Shown: positions 24,166 to 38,443 of the stretch, in pieces | Position numbering within the stretch: position 1 is the stretch's first letter | Layout: the number at the start of each line of letters is the position of its first letter | Source of the DNA: Lama guanicoe | Taxonomy: Eukaryota | Length of the DNA stretch: 64,000 nucleotides | Assembly (NCBI GenBank): GCA_013239625.1 | Contig: MU055744.1 | Coordinates: 1,518,355-1,582,354 of the forward strand | Reading direction: 5' to 3' | Position numbers and translations under genes: made by a program | Notes under the pieces: model-generated | The model's input: the letters and a program-made list of their open reading frames with translations, nothing else | Told to the model about the DNA's origin: nothing | Databases searched by the model: none

Positions 24166-25897
24166 GAGCGCCCCCAGCCGCCGACAGGTCCTGAGACCAT
24201 GGTGGGGTCTCGACGGCACATCAGCCTGGCCCCAGGCGGCCTGGACCGGGGCTTGGCCCAGCTTTCCTTGCATCCCCATCATCGCGGGGGCCCTGTTGGG
24301 GAGCCCGGGGGCTCTCAGCAGGGATAAGGTCTGGTGAATGCTAGCGTGGCCGCCCGGGGCCTGGTCTGGAAGGGAGGCAGGTGTGATGCAAGCACAGGTG
24401 AGCGGCAGCATCCAGGTGAGAGGCTGCAGAGCGAGGTAGGGCTCTGCAGCGTAGACGCCAGGCTCCTGGCGCCAATGCCGCCATTCAGTACAGGGGCAGT
24501 GGAGGGTGGCCTCGGTCTCAGCCCCAGGAACTTGGCCATCTGGCGGCACGGCCTGGCCACATCACTCCCTCTCGAGGCCTCGGTCTACCTACCTGTTCAA
24601 GGAAGGGATGGCAGCCATGACGCTAGGGCCCTGCAGCACAAGCCTTGCCTGGCCATCAGGGACCGGGTGTTCGATCCCAGATCGGAGCCTCTGTGCCCCC
24701 TCCCCCAGCCCCTCCCACACACACCCCGGCTTCAGGTGCCAGGCAGCCAAAACACTGGTTGAGCTGGCCTCCCGGCAGGTCCCCCTAGAGAGTTTCCAGG
24801 CGGCTGGTCCTTTGGGAATGTGCAGCCCCAACTGGTGAAAAAAGAGGTTAAGAGGAGGCCGTGGGCTGACCCCCTGCTTCAGGAGTGACCACCCTAAAAC
24901 ACACAGGAGTGACCAGTCCTCAGCCCTGATGTGGTCAGGCACACAGAGCCCCGGGCCAGGGGCTGAAAGGCCCCCGAGCTCCCCGCGAGACCTGGGGTGG
25001 GCCGTCGCACCCCTGGGCCTCAGCCTCTGGGAGCCCTTCTGCTCTGGTCCCCAGGGTGACAGACCCAAGCTCTCCTACCTGCCTGGTTGCTCCCAGGAGG
25101 ACCTGGGAGCAAGGCCTCAGGCCGCCCCTTCCCCCCTCCACCTCCACGTGAAGACCTCAGCTGAGCCCACCGTCCACCACGCTCCTAGCAGGGCTCGGGG
25201 GTCCCTCCATCCGGCCAGAGAAATGCCCCAAACCCAGGGGCACCTGCCATGGGGAGTGCAGCCCCCCACCGAGGTGCCCTTTCCTGTCTCTGCAGCATGG
25301 CACCCAGAGCCCCCTGTGCCCTCCTGGGCTTCCTCTGCCTTTGGGCCTGGCCATGGAGCCCCCCACCCCGGTGAGGCAGCCCCACGTCTGCCCAGGAAGA
25401 CGGACAAGCTCCCAGCTAAGACACCCCCTGAAAGATAAGCTTTTAGGGCAAGCGGCTGTCCCTAATCCGTGAGCAGCCCTGACCGCCTTCCAGCTCTTTC
25501 TTGAAAGTGCCACTGAGCTGAGACTCTGGCGTGAGCGGAGTGAGGGAGACTTACTATTTTTAGCAGTCTCAATTTTTTCCCCCTCTTCTTCCTTTCTCCT
25601 GCCTCAGTTTGGACTCGCTAATGGGATTCATCCCCAAGCTTCCCCTCCCTTTGTCAGACCCCATGAGTCTGTTTCTGACGCATTAGCTTGGGGGGTGGGC
25701 GGGGGTGGGGGCGAGGGCCTGGAGGTGGCACTTCTGTGGCTGTTCTGTCTGGTGTCCTCTTTCCTTTTCTGGGCTCTGGCCTCTGTATAGATTCCTACGT
25801 CCTTTTGACATGAACACGCACCCGTCCATCTGAGGTCACTCAGCTCCACCGTGGGGACCTACGGGGAGCTGCCTGCTCCCTGACAAAATCGAGAGCC

Positions 25898-25903
25898 AAT
25901 AAA
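25898..25903 (+). terminator. FAM163B: Probable FAM163B polyadenylation signal AATAAA
   Basis: First canonical AATAAA I see downstream of the stop, giving a 3' UTR of about 1.75 kb. Confidence 0.7.
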
Positions 25904-26204
25904 ACCCCCGTCGGACACCACACACTGTCTTCAGTCAGCCGGGATCCGAGCCAACCCAGACCCCTCTCCGGAACTCCCTGGGAGGGGCCGTGTCCAGCCG
26001 CACCCCAGGCAGAGTGGGTCATTCCTCTCCTGTCCAGCCGTGGGGGTCAGGGCTCCTCCCAGAGGGGCCAGCCACAGCCACGTTTGCTTTTGAGTTTCCT
26101 GGAGTGCCTGGGTTGACCTTCCAAGATTAGGAATCACTGGCCTAAACCCGGAGCGCCTGGACAGCATGATGTGGGGGATGGGCTGAGCCACCTGGGGCAA
26201 GGGA

Positions 26205-26350
26205 CAGACCTCTCTGGGCCTCAGTCTTAGCCTCCACACAATGGGTGACAACGATACTGACTCATGGGGCTCCTAGGAGGATTGCACGAGGCAGCGCTGG
26301 TAAAGCGCTGGGCACAGACCCTGGCACACAGTAGCGCACAGTAAGCGTCA
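26205..26350 (+). mobile_element. MIR SINE in the FAM163B-ADAMTSL2 intergenic gap
   Basis: cctctctgggcctcagt...taaagcgctgggcacagaccctggcacacagtag. Confidence 0.75.
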
Positions 26351-27351
26351 GCAGAGAGGAGGACAGGGGAGGAAGGTCGTAGGCAGGAAGGAGATGGGAG
26401 TGGGGAGGGGGTAACAGGGCACCATGGCGGGGTGGTCAGGGGGCCCAGACCCCTGGATCTCGGTGACCCACCTCTACTGGAACCAAGCCGCTGACCTCGA
26501 GGGAGCCACCCCAGGGCCTCAGCCAACCTGCAGTGCTGCTCAGCCAACTGCCGCGCTGTGGATTCCACCCTGAGCACTGCGGTGGGCCCTGCTCTGGTCC
26601 CTGTCTGGGGACAGGCTGGCTCCAAACCCCGGGGAAGCAGCCAGGCAGCCACTTGCCCCTCCTCCCTGTCCCCAAAGGAGACCCCCTGTGGCAGCCTCGG
26701 CCCTGCACTGGTCTGCTGTCCTGCAGTGGGTGGACAGCCATGTCCTCCCTCCTCTGCTGCAGCCAAACCAGGGTGCTTTGGGCATCCTTGACTCCCACCC
26801 CCGCCCCAAAGCTTTCGTTTTCTATGCACTCTTCCCCTCTTTCAGAACCACGCCTGCTGCTGGACTGCCCTAAACGTCGCCTTCCCCAGGAAGCCCTCCC
26901 GTGTACCCGCACCCCCAAGTCCAGGTTAGGTAGCCCTTCTAAGAAACAGTAATGATGGGCGTTCTCTGCGCACTCGGCACGGGCCCTCCTGCCCTGCCTG
27001 CCTCGCCTCCTCTGCTCTCCCCAGCACACCCCAAGGTTTGGGTGACGGCGCCCCAGCCCAGCTGAGAGGAGCAAGACTGGCTCAGCTCTGACTCCAGCGC
27101 CCGAGTCCTGACGGCCCTGAGCCCCCCCCTCTCGCGGCCCAGGCTTCCTCGCCTTCTGTCTGCTTTCCCCTGCCTTCCGTTTCCGCATTGCCGCCCGGCC
27201 CCCAGCCCCACTCGGTCCTGGACCCAAGGCCTCAGCGGAGTCTCCCGAATGGCCGAGCGGGACGGCCACCCCGGCTCTCGCAGCCCCTCGGCCGCCCACC
27301 CCTCCTGGCAGAGCCCCGGAGAGCCCACAGTGTCACCATAAATACGGCCAC

Positions 27352-27357
27352 TTTATT
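27352..27357 (-). terminator. ADAMTSL2: ADAMTSL2 polyadenylation signal AATAAA
   Basis: tttatt on the plus strand, about 485 nt after the stop; first canonical hexamer in the 3' UTR. Confidence 0.85.
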
Positions 27358-27841
27358 AACATACAGAGAGTACTGACGCACGACGGCACGGCCACGCGTG
27401 CCGTGAGAAACATGCCTCTTCCCGGGCGTAAAGTGCGGTGGGTCCCTGCGTGCCAAGAGCTTCGTGTCGGGGAGGCGAACGATGCTAAACCGTGAGATTA
27501 AAATTCCTCTGGGAGGAGCGCACCTGCACAGGAGCAGGACCCCGGCGGCCCCTGATCTCCCTGGCTGCCCCTCCCCCAGCCCTGGAGGGAGAGATGACGT
27601 CTCCAGGCCCCTGGGTGGGGCTGGGTGCCCAGGGAGGAACCACAAACGCGCCATCCTCATGGCTGTGTCCCAGGAGGGCTGGTGGGCACTCTCGGGGGCT
27701 CTCCTACCCGGGGAGAGCAGAGGCTCAGTGTCACGTCTTCACAGCTGGGCGCCCTGCAGGAAGGGTGTCCGTGGAAGGGCCCCAGGAGCTGCTGCGGCCC
27801 CAGGGATGGGGTGCTCGGTCTCTGAGGGGCGGCTGCCGGGC

Positions 27842-27960
27842 CTAGGAGTGGGGGGGCCTGCAGGAGCGGCAGCACGCCTTGCTGTAGTACCAGTGGCCGC
27901 AGAGGTTCACCTTGATGGCCAGGGCGCAGTTGGTGCCTGGCTGGTCCTGGCAGCTGTCGT
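27842..27960 (-). CDS. ADAMTSL2: ADAMTSL2 exon 19 coding part, PLAC domain ([39 protein letters not shown])
   Basis: PLAC cysteine pattern; TAG at 27844-27842. Confidence 0.97.
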
Positions 27961-28598
27961 CTGGGAAAGGGACATGGCCAGTGGGGCAGGGCATTGGGAG
28001 GGGGTCAAGCGGTGAAAACTCAACAGGACCCCCAGCCACCCCACCACCCTTTTCCTGCCCCTGGCCCTCTCTGGGGATGTCACAAACCCTTCCAAGGAGT
28101 TTGAACTGCGCACAGGAAGGGTACTGCTCAGAAGCCAGAGTTTGGAGGAGCCACTGGTCCCATCCCCAGAAGCCTGTGCTCCTCTACGCAACAGGCCGGA
28201 AGCAGAGTTCATCGCCCACCCCTGGTGCCCCTTCCCCTCCGAGCTTAGCACCCTCACGCACCTTCCAGGTGCTCGAGCCAGAGACCCTGCCTCAGCCCCT
28301 CCCCTCCCCTTCTGCGTGCCCAGCACCGAGCTGTTCAGGCTGAGTCGTCCTGGTCCCCTGCCCCACCGCTGTTCCCCACCCTTCTGAAACCAGATGCTCT
28401 TTCCAAAGTGCAGGCCTCGGCATGGCTCCAGGGACCCCAAGTGTGGGGCGGATCGCACGTGCCGCCCTTCCCTCCCCCCCCCGCTGGGCTCAGCTGTTCC
28501 AGGAGGGGACCTGTGCTCCCCAACGACGCGCCTCAGTCTCTGGAGCCACTGGACCCTCCCCAGCCCCCGGCTAACCCCAGCTCAGCCTTCAAACCCTA

Positions 28599-29261
<663 letters not shown>

Positions 29262-31003
29262 CTACCACCCTCCTGCCAAGATTCTACAGGCGGTGGCTCC
29301 CTCTGGCTCCCCGATGTGGGTGACCCCACATCACCCAGGCATGTCTGGGACCTGAGCCCTCGGTTTCCTGAGGGAGGTGGGTGTGGGAGGCCCTAGCTCT
29401 GGGCACCCCCTCCGGTTTTGTTTGCAGAGACACAGGGAGAACTGATTAAGACTTAACAGGGAGGGCTGCCTGCCCGATGCCCGCTCCCAGTTTGCAGGGG
29501 CTGGTCCAGTCCAACAAGAGGCTGGCTCGCCACCGAGCACAGATGCCAGTCCGCCTTGGGTGGATGCCCCGAGAAGCCTCTGGCCATCCCTGACCCCCAG
29601 AGAGAACATGCATCTGGCCAGCCCTGGATCCCCTTCCTCGCTGCCTGGGTGGATGGGACAGCTGGGAGGATACACTCTTACTGAGCTCCCATCCCAGGGA
29701 GGGGCAGCCACAGGGAAAAAGACAGCACCCCAGCCAGGAACAAAATGACGGCGCTCCACATCCCCACGGTTCAATCACCCATCCTCCGCCCACCATCACC
29801 AGGGCAACACAGGGCATGACCCCCCAGCGCTCCCGGGCAAGGACCACTCTGGGCCTCCCTGCTTGCTCCTGCAAAGCTGTGGCGTTGCTAAGTCGGGGTG
29901 GGGGGGCTTGGGGCGTGGGAGGGCGATGCGGCTAAGGAGATAGAGAGGAGACAGCGGGAACCGATAAAACTGAGGTCTAGGCCTGACCTCCCCGGTGCTG
30001 TGAGAAGGCTTCGGGGATGTTAGCAGCCCCCAGGGGCCCTGGGGCCCCGCCAGGAGGCCTCCATGGGAAAGGGGGCCAAGGAGGGAAGCAGCAGAAGCTA
30101 AATCAGCCCCCTTCGCTCAGCCAGAGACCTGGGGAGGGGGAGGGCCTGCCGCCTGCTGCCCCGTCTGTGGGCCCCAGGCTGCTCCCCCTCCTCAGACCAG
30201 CCGCACGTACCCCGGGGTCTCACTGGGACGGGCTGGTCTGGGGCCTCCTTTCACCCCACCTGCTACATCCCCCAGTAGCTGCGAGTCCGCCCTCTCTCCA
30301 AACTGGGGTTTCCTCCCCGCGTGGGATGGAAAAGAGAGCCCGCTCCTCACGGGGCGGCGGGAGGAGGAAAGGAGCCTGTTGGGCAGATCGCTGGGCGGGC
30401 CCGGCCTGCCCACAGGGCCCTCGGAGCGAGAAGCGAGGGCTCTCCCCCGGCTACAGCAGAAGGAGAGATCTCGGCTCCATGTCACCCGCCAGCCCGAGGC
30501 CAGGGAGCCCGTCGAACTGTGGAGGGGCTGGGCCTGTGTCAGGACAGTGGCTGCCATTCCTGCTGGCTTCCCTCTGCCCCCAGTGCACACATCCTGCCGT
30601 CCCCTCTGCATCTCTAATCCTGTATCCTTGCCTTGACTCTGGATCCCAGGGCCTAGGCCATGTTTGAGTCAGCCCCGCACATCCCCAGTACCCACCTGGG
30701 ATCTGTCTGTCTGTGGTGGGTGTCTGGCACACGTGCTGCCAAAGTCACGACTGAAAGGCTACAATGCCAGGCCAGAAGTGACCTGGGCCAAAAGAGGGCC
30801 AGGACAAGCAGGGCCGGGATCCCAGAGGTGAGAGCCGGGAGGGCTTTCTGGAGGAGGTGGCTCTCATACCTGCTGACTTGGGAGAGCTGAGAATCTTTCC
30901 GGGGATGGAAAGCCCTGATGGAGGCTGAGCCAGGGGTCGTGAGGAGCACTTGGGGGGCAGAGAGGAGGTACTTTGGCAGGACCAGAACTCAGGCCTGGCC
31001 TCA

Positions 31004-31342
<339 letters not shown>

Positions 31343-31914
31343 TTAGGTCAGGGGGAAATCGCTGAGAGTTCTTCGGCTGATAACCATTTGGCCCCAAACA
31401 GATTTGCTCAAAAGCAATTTAGCAGAAAACCATCTGTTTTGAAACAAAATGGTTAATGACAATGTGATTCAAGGTGATTTAGCTAAGGGTGAGCTGCCTG
31501 AAACAGTTGGCAGCAAGTGAGGTGGTTAAGAACTGTCTGAAACGGCAGGTTGGTGACCTTGACAGGTCCAGTGGCCCCGAGAACAAATGGATACAGGGCC
31601 AGAGGCCAAGAGCTGGGCGGCCGAGTGACCCCCCCCACCCCAGCCTGGGCTCACCTCTTCCGGGAGCAGGGGTCAGGGGACCGCTCCTGGCCCTGCGTGC
31701 GTCACTGAGCGTTCGCTACTTAGATCTGAGATGTTTTCAGCACTTTTCTTACCTCTTTGGGTTTTTTTTTTCTGTCAAATCAATGTTTTGTGAATTGTGC
31801 CATCACCAATTCCAATGAATTCCTCGTTGGACCAAGCTGTCATTCTGGCCACTTGGCTCTCAACCAAACGCTCCCCCAGACAGAGGGCCCTGCTGCCGGG
31901 CTCGGGACACTCAC

Positions 31915-32085
31915 CCGCTCCCAGTCCTGGGCCAGCCAGTGGGCGGGGCAGTTCTTGTCTCCACAGGGGTGGATGGCCAGAGGCTTGGTCTCTGTCTGGC
32001 ACTGAGACTCGGGCACCACCCGGCCGTCGCTGGTCTTGCAGTACACGTGTCTGATCATGCGGCCCTGCCCGCAGCTTCCACTGCA
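31915..32085 (-). CDS. ADAMTSL2: ADAMTSL2 exon 16, TSR5 (CSGSCGQG...WLAQDWER)
   Basis: 171 nt, phase 0-0. Confidence 0.97.
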
Positions 32086-32554
32086 CTGCAGGGGGCAGCC
32101 GGGGTCAGAGGCGGAGCCCTCTCCCAGGTCCCCAGACGCCATTCCCAAGAGACAAGCAGAGCCGGGGGAGGGGGAGGGTTGCCATGGCAACCACTTTCTA
32201 AAATAGCATTTTCTCTTCTAATTACAGAAATATTGCATGCACGGTGAGAAACACACAGAGGAAACACACCTAGAACACCTAAACGCCCCCAGCACCTGGA
32301 GAGGACCCCAGCGCGCATCTGAGTGTCTATCATCCAGACCGGAGGCCAGAGAGACAGACACACAGACAGGCAGGCAGGGAGCTTATAAAAGGGGATCAGA
32401 TTGTGACCACTTGTTTCTGGATAAAGGTTTTGACTCCTCGTAACAACACGGAGGAAAGCCAGTCAGGTGTGCTTCCTCTACATCCTCTCCAGAAAAATGG
32501 GGAAACTGAGGCACAGCCAGAGGAAGCACCTGGGACTTACCCTCACTGGTCTCA

Positions 32555-33097
<543 letters not shown>

Positions 33098-33566
33098 TCA
33101 GCGACCCCCACCTACCCTGGCCGCCGGGACTTTATGCCCCAACTCCTCCTTCCCCTGTGAGACCCGAAGCCACACTGAGCTAAGCCAGACAGGAAGCTGG
33201 CTGGTCCCACAGCGGAGGCTGCTGCCCTGGCGAACCCGAGCCCACTGGGAAGCCCCCAGGTGGAGGTGGGCTGCCCAGAGCCTGCACTTGGCCGGCCTGC
33301 CCAGGAACCCAGGCAGCCACCACCTGCTCTCCCTCCAGACCACCCACCTGGCCTTCCAGCCACGTAGGGGGCCAGGTCCCAGCCTTGTTCCTTTGCTGAC
33401 GCCGTTCCCTCCTCCCTCCTTCCCCTCCTGCTACGGCCCCCCTTCTTCCAAGGTGGGATCATGCCCCAGTGTCCTAGGTCCCTGAGCCCCACCGTGGGGG
33501 CTCTGAGGGGAAGAGCAGACCCCCATGGCAGCACACCCAGCTTCTCACAAAGGGGCCGATGCTGGA

Positions 33567-33737
33567 TGGAGCAGAGCCCCCATCACAGAGCAGAGGCCCC
33601 ACCCCGATGGAGCAGAGCACCCCACCAGTGGAGCAGAGGGCCCCCACTGGAGCAGAGCCCCCATCACGGAGCAGAGGCCCCACCCCGATGGAGCAGAGCC
33701 CCCCACCAGTGGAGAAGAGGGCCCCCGATGGAGCAGG
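33567..33737. repeat. Minisatellite: two copies of an 81-bp unit, each made of four ~20-bp GAGCAGAG monomers
   Basis: The unit restarts at 33567, 33648 and 33729. Confidence 0.95.
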
Positions 33738-34178
33738 CCTGGAGAAAAGAGGGTGTGTAGCTGCATTAGGGAGCAGGAAGCGCTTCCTCCTGCAGGCAGG
33801 ACAGGAGGCCTGGGGGGCTAGAAAAATGAGGTCTCCCCCCACATCCCAGGGACACTGGCGGGTTATTTCAGGAATAATCCTTTTGGGCTTCTTAAAATTC
33901 TAGATGCACCCAGTAGGCCTGGGGGCGGCAGGGGCAAAGAGCCAAGTTCAGAATGATTCTCAGTCTCTGTGGAAGACAGTGATGGAGGACCTACTGTGTG
34001 CGAGACACAGTGAAAGATTTTACTGCAAAGCGGGAAGTCACAGAAGGCCCCCTCGTCCTGCCCACAAAACCCAGTTGAAGGAACAGGATGCCAGCTCCTG
34101 CTGCTCCCCTAGGCGGGGGCAGAGCAGAGCCCCCACTCCCCACACACACCCTGCCCCGGGGCACTGGGCGGCAGGTAC

Positions 34179-34305
34179 CTGGGCTGGCACTCCCTCCCCG
34201 CGCAGAACTCCTGGACGGGCTCAGGCCTGGTCAGGGCGTCGCAGTAGCTGTCATCCACCTCAATGCCATCGTAGCGGACGCACATGGCGTAGGTCGACAT
34301 GACCC
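34179..34305 (-). CDS. ADAMTSL2: ADAMTSL2 exon 13 ([14 protein letters not shown]...CAGRECQPR)
   Basis: 127 nt; AG/GT boundaries; phase consistent. Confidence 0.96.
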
Positions 34306-34683
34306 CTGGGTTCAGGACAAGGGAGGGACCCGGTGAGCTGACGGTGAGCCCCTTGCAGACCAGCAGATGGAACCTACGTGACCACAGGCAAGTCACCTGA
34401 CCCCTCAGCGCTTTCTGGCTTAAATCGAGGTTAATGACAGTTACCGGCTTACAGAAGAGCGGGCAGAGCCCAGTGGGGACAGCTTCGTGGGTCCACCCTG
34501 CCCATGCCCCAGGGTCTGACCACTTCCCTTTGCACCCTCTACCCCATCCAGCCCAGGCTGGGCACCCAGTTTACATGTCACAAACCCCGGGCTTTGAATA
34601 AATTCGGATTGGCTCTTACAGAGGCACAGAGGCAAATACAGCCAGTGTCACTAATTTTCATTCTTTCAACAATTACCCATCAC

Positions 34684-34788
34684 TGGGTGGGTGGGTGGGA
34701 GAGGGGTGAGTGGATGGACGGTTGAATGGTTGGGTACAGATAGATGGATGGATGGGTACGTTGGTGGGTGAGAGGATGGATGGATGGA
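34684..34788. repeat. Degenerate (TGGA/TGGG)n
   Basis: Seen directly. Confidence 0.85.
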
Positions 34789-37700
34789 AAATCTAACCCT
34801 TCCAGCCCTTCCCAGCCTCCCCAGATGCTCTATTACCTTTCATCCTCCCTGCCCTCCGTGGCCTGCCCTAGTCCTTATCAGACCCCCTCATGAACTTTCT
34901 TTAATCATTGTCGTGATTAAATACCCAGGACTCTATATACCCCCCGTTGAGGACCATGTGCAAAGGGCCAACTCTCAACTAAAAGGAACTCCTTGACCCC
35001 ACCTCCACCTTCTCCTCCACTGGGTCTTCGTCCCCCGCACCCCTGTGTCAGGTACCGAGCTGGCACTGGGGCCGAACTCACTACACACAGGGCAGGCCCC
35101 TGCCAAGGAGCCAGGATGACTCAGGGAGTGTCCGCCCTGGTGAAGGCCCCGGCGGGGGCAGGGTCTGTTGTCACTGTTGTTCCTGGTGTGTGTGTGTGTG
35201 TGAGACAGAGGGAGACTGAGTGGGACCGGTTGTCCTGAATGACGGTGGGACAGGAGCCCTCCTCGCTGGGCTTGCCCTTCCCCCAGGAGGAAACCAATTT
35301 CCCCATAAACAAAGAGCCCCAGCCACCTCGAGCTCATCCCAGCGGCGCGCGTCTGAAAGCCAGCGGCTCCTGCGTCTCCGAGCCCTGGCCCTGGACGGAG
35401 GGAAACGGCCTGGAAGCAGCCCGCACAGGGATTTTTTCTTTTTTTCCGTGAGAGGCGAGCCAGGCTGCAATCACGGCTCCTCTCTGCCAGCGCTGGGCTG
35501 CGTAGTCTTTAGTCGGCTCTCGGGGGGAGGCTGGCTTCCTGGCCAGGTCTGCTCAGAATGTTCCAGGCCTCAGAGACACCAGCTCTGGGGCCCAGGGAGG
35601 TCCAAGTTTGGGGACTGACAGACCCTCACCGCGTGCCTGATTATTCATTCGCTGCTCGTCAGCGAGTGGAAACACAGCAGGTCCTGATCAAGAGAGACAG
35701 GAATTCTGGTCCCAGCCCAGTCTCCCGCTGGTGGGGCGACATGAGTACTGTCCGGCTGTCCGGGCCTCATCCCCGCGGTGGGAACCCCCCACGGAGGCTG
35801 GGCCGTCAAAGCACCAGTCTTCCAGACACCTGCTCCTTACATCGGTTTGAATGCGGTGCTTTTCAAACCTTCTTGGACAGCAAGTAAGCCCTTCCTCCAA
35901 ACGAGAGGAAACCCCAGTACTGAACTGGGCGGGCGGAGATGAGCTCAGGGCCCGCCGGCCCCACTTCCCCCACTCTCGCCCCCCATGCCAGGAGGTGCTG
36001 AGAACCGTTTGAAGGCATTGCTTGAGACTCCAGCTCCAAACCAATTCACCTGCATTTCTCCTGCTCCAAAGAGCTTCTCTAAGGAAAAGAAAGAACGCTT
36101 GGTGCTACAGCTGGAGCTCAGGAGACGGGACACTTGCCGCACTGATCCTCCAGCCCTTCGTGAGCTCACCGCGAGGCCCGGGGGCAGGGAGGGGCCCTGC
36201 TGCGTGCTGATGCGGCCGTGGACCTGCGCACAGACACCACCTGCCACAGAACGCTTGTAACTTCCCCCATCAGCACCGCCGCCACGCTGGCCTGGCCTCA
36301 GCACCCCGTAAAATGGGACTTCGGGAGGAGCTGGCCACAGAGTGCGCAGAGGGGGCCGTGGGGAGCCATCCACAGATCCAGCTTGGTGACTCTGCAGTGA
36401 TGGGGAACTCGCTGTGTCTCCCGGCCACTCATTCCAGCCCTGGACAGCCCCGTCCAAAGGAGAGCTCTTCCTTTCAGCAGACCCCAAATCTGTCTGTTTA
36501 CTTCCTTCTTCGTTTGTCCTCCTTGGCACCTTGGGCCACCCAGGGCAGGTCAGCCCATCCCTCTGCCTGGACACCCTGTGGATGTTCAGAAACGGTGCCG
36601 TGTCCTCCCTGGGGACTGCCTTCCACCCGGGCCCGGCATGGGCCTCACCACTGAGGCTGCTTCCCCCGGAGGGATCTCAAGCGACGTCACCTCCCCAGGC
36701 AGCGATGTGTGCAGGAGGCATAGAAGGCGCTCCCAGGCGCGTGTTCTGTGACAGTCCGGGCGTGTCTGGAGTCCCGGGGTGGGGGGAACGGGCTCCTGAC
36801 TCAGAGCAGGTCCACGGCCTTCAGGAGCAGGCTCTCGGAGCAGGCTCCTCCAACACCCAGCGCAGGGCTCGGCCCCCGGCTTGCTCCCGAGACCAGCCGC
36901 TCAGCTGCGCCTGGGCCTCAGCCCTACGTGGGTGGCAGCAGCAGCCCTGGCGACGGCGCCCCCTTGCTGAGCTTTGGCCTGGACGGCTGGCCTCCCTTTT
37001 CATGTGCATCCCTATTACCGCGTTTGGATAGGTGCATGTCCCATTTTACAGGTGAAAAGTTGAGGCTTGGAGAGATTAAGCAATTTGCCAAGTGCATGTG
37101 GTGCAGTCAGCCGGAGAGTGCACCCAAGTGCTCACCGCACACCCCACAAAGCCCACCTCGCACCCTCCGGAATGCCAGGGGGGATCAGCCTGTCCCATAC
37201 CCTGCTGAGGGGGATGGGAGGCTCCTAGAACAGGAGGGGCCACAGCTTCCAGCCCGAGGTGGAGAACCCGTGGTCCATTCAGAGCTCTGCACGGCCACCT
37301 CCCCAGCTCCTCCCTCGAGCCGGTCTCCTGAGATGCCGGCCAGGGCTGTGGGAGGCGTAGCCATGCCAGACCACCTGCTGCCCAGTGTTCAGTCAGTGGC
37401 TGGTCTCATCCTCCTCGCTGGCCAGAGCATGCAGGGGGCGTCTAAAGCTCTGGCCAGCTGGGATGGGGCTTCAGGGGCAGAGCCAGGACCATCTTGCGTT
37501 TTGAGTGGCGGCAGCCCCAGTCTTGTCCAAACCCAAACATGAAGTCCCAGGTATAGACCAGGCGGCACCGGGGTCTCCCTACAACGTTTACCACGGGTCC
37601 CGGTCCTGGGAGGGACCAGCGCTGGCCCCAGACGCAGCTCCAGTCTCTGGTCTGCGACCAGCACCTTGGTGTGGTGGTGGCTGGCCCCGTGAACGGGCAG

Positions 37701-37914
37701 ACACAGATTCAAACCCAGGTGGACACTTACTACGCACGTGTATCTATCTGCCCAGGCACCCGAGGGGGTTCCTGACCCTCCCACTTCCTCCCCAATGCGG
37801 CCCTGAGTCTGAGCTGTTTCCTCAGAGGGTCTCTCTGCCCCTCCTGTGTTTGCTGTAAGTGAAACCCTCACCACCTGAGATTTCTTACTTTTAACGCAAA
37901 GGACATTTGCGTTA

Positions 37915-38091
<177 letters not shown>

Positions 38092-38394
38092 TCAAGCCGA
38101 GAAGGGGGTGAGTTTTCACAGGAGAATGTGTTCTCATCCATGGAAGACAGGTCTGCTTTTGCAAAACAGCCTACCTGAGCCCCGGGCAGCAGCCCCACCT
38201 GTTCGGGGCCCAGGGCCCACGATCTAGAAAACAGCCGGGGGTGGGGGGGGCGCCGAGGGAGGCAGGTCTTAGAGGGGACCGGACATTTGCATTTTCCATC
38301 CCAGTGACTCAGCCTGAGCACACTCTGCAGCTGTCAAAGCACCCTCGGGGGCTGGGAGTGAAGACGGGGGCCCACCAACATCCCAGTCCCTCCT

Positions 38395-38443
38395 CACACA
38401 CACACACGCACACGCACACACGCACACAGACACACATGCACAC
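38395..38443. repeat. (CA)n-rich microsatellite
   Basis: Seen directly. Confidence 0.9.

Noticed and set aside
33567-33737. Repeat-spacer pattern resembling a CRISPR array
   Set aside because: Mammalian intron, 8-9 bp core, spacers themselves repeated, no cas genes; it is a minisatellite.
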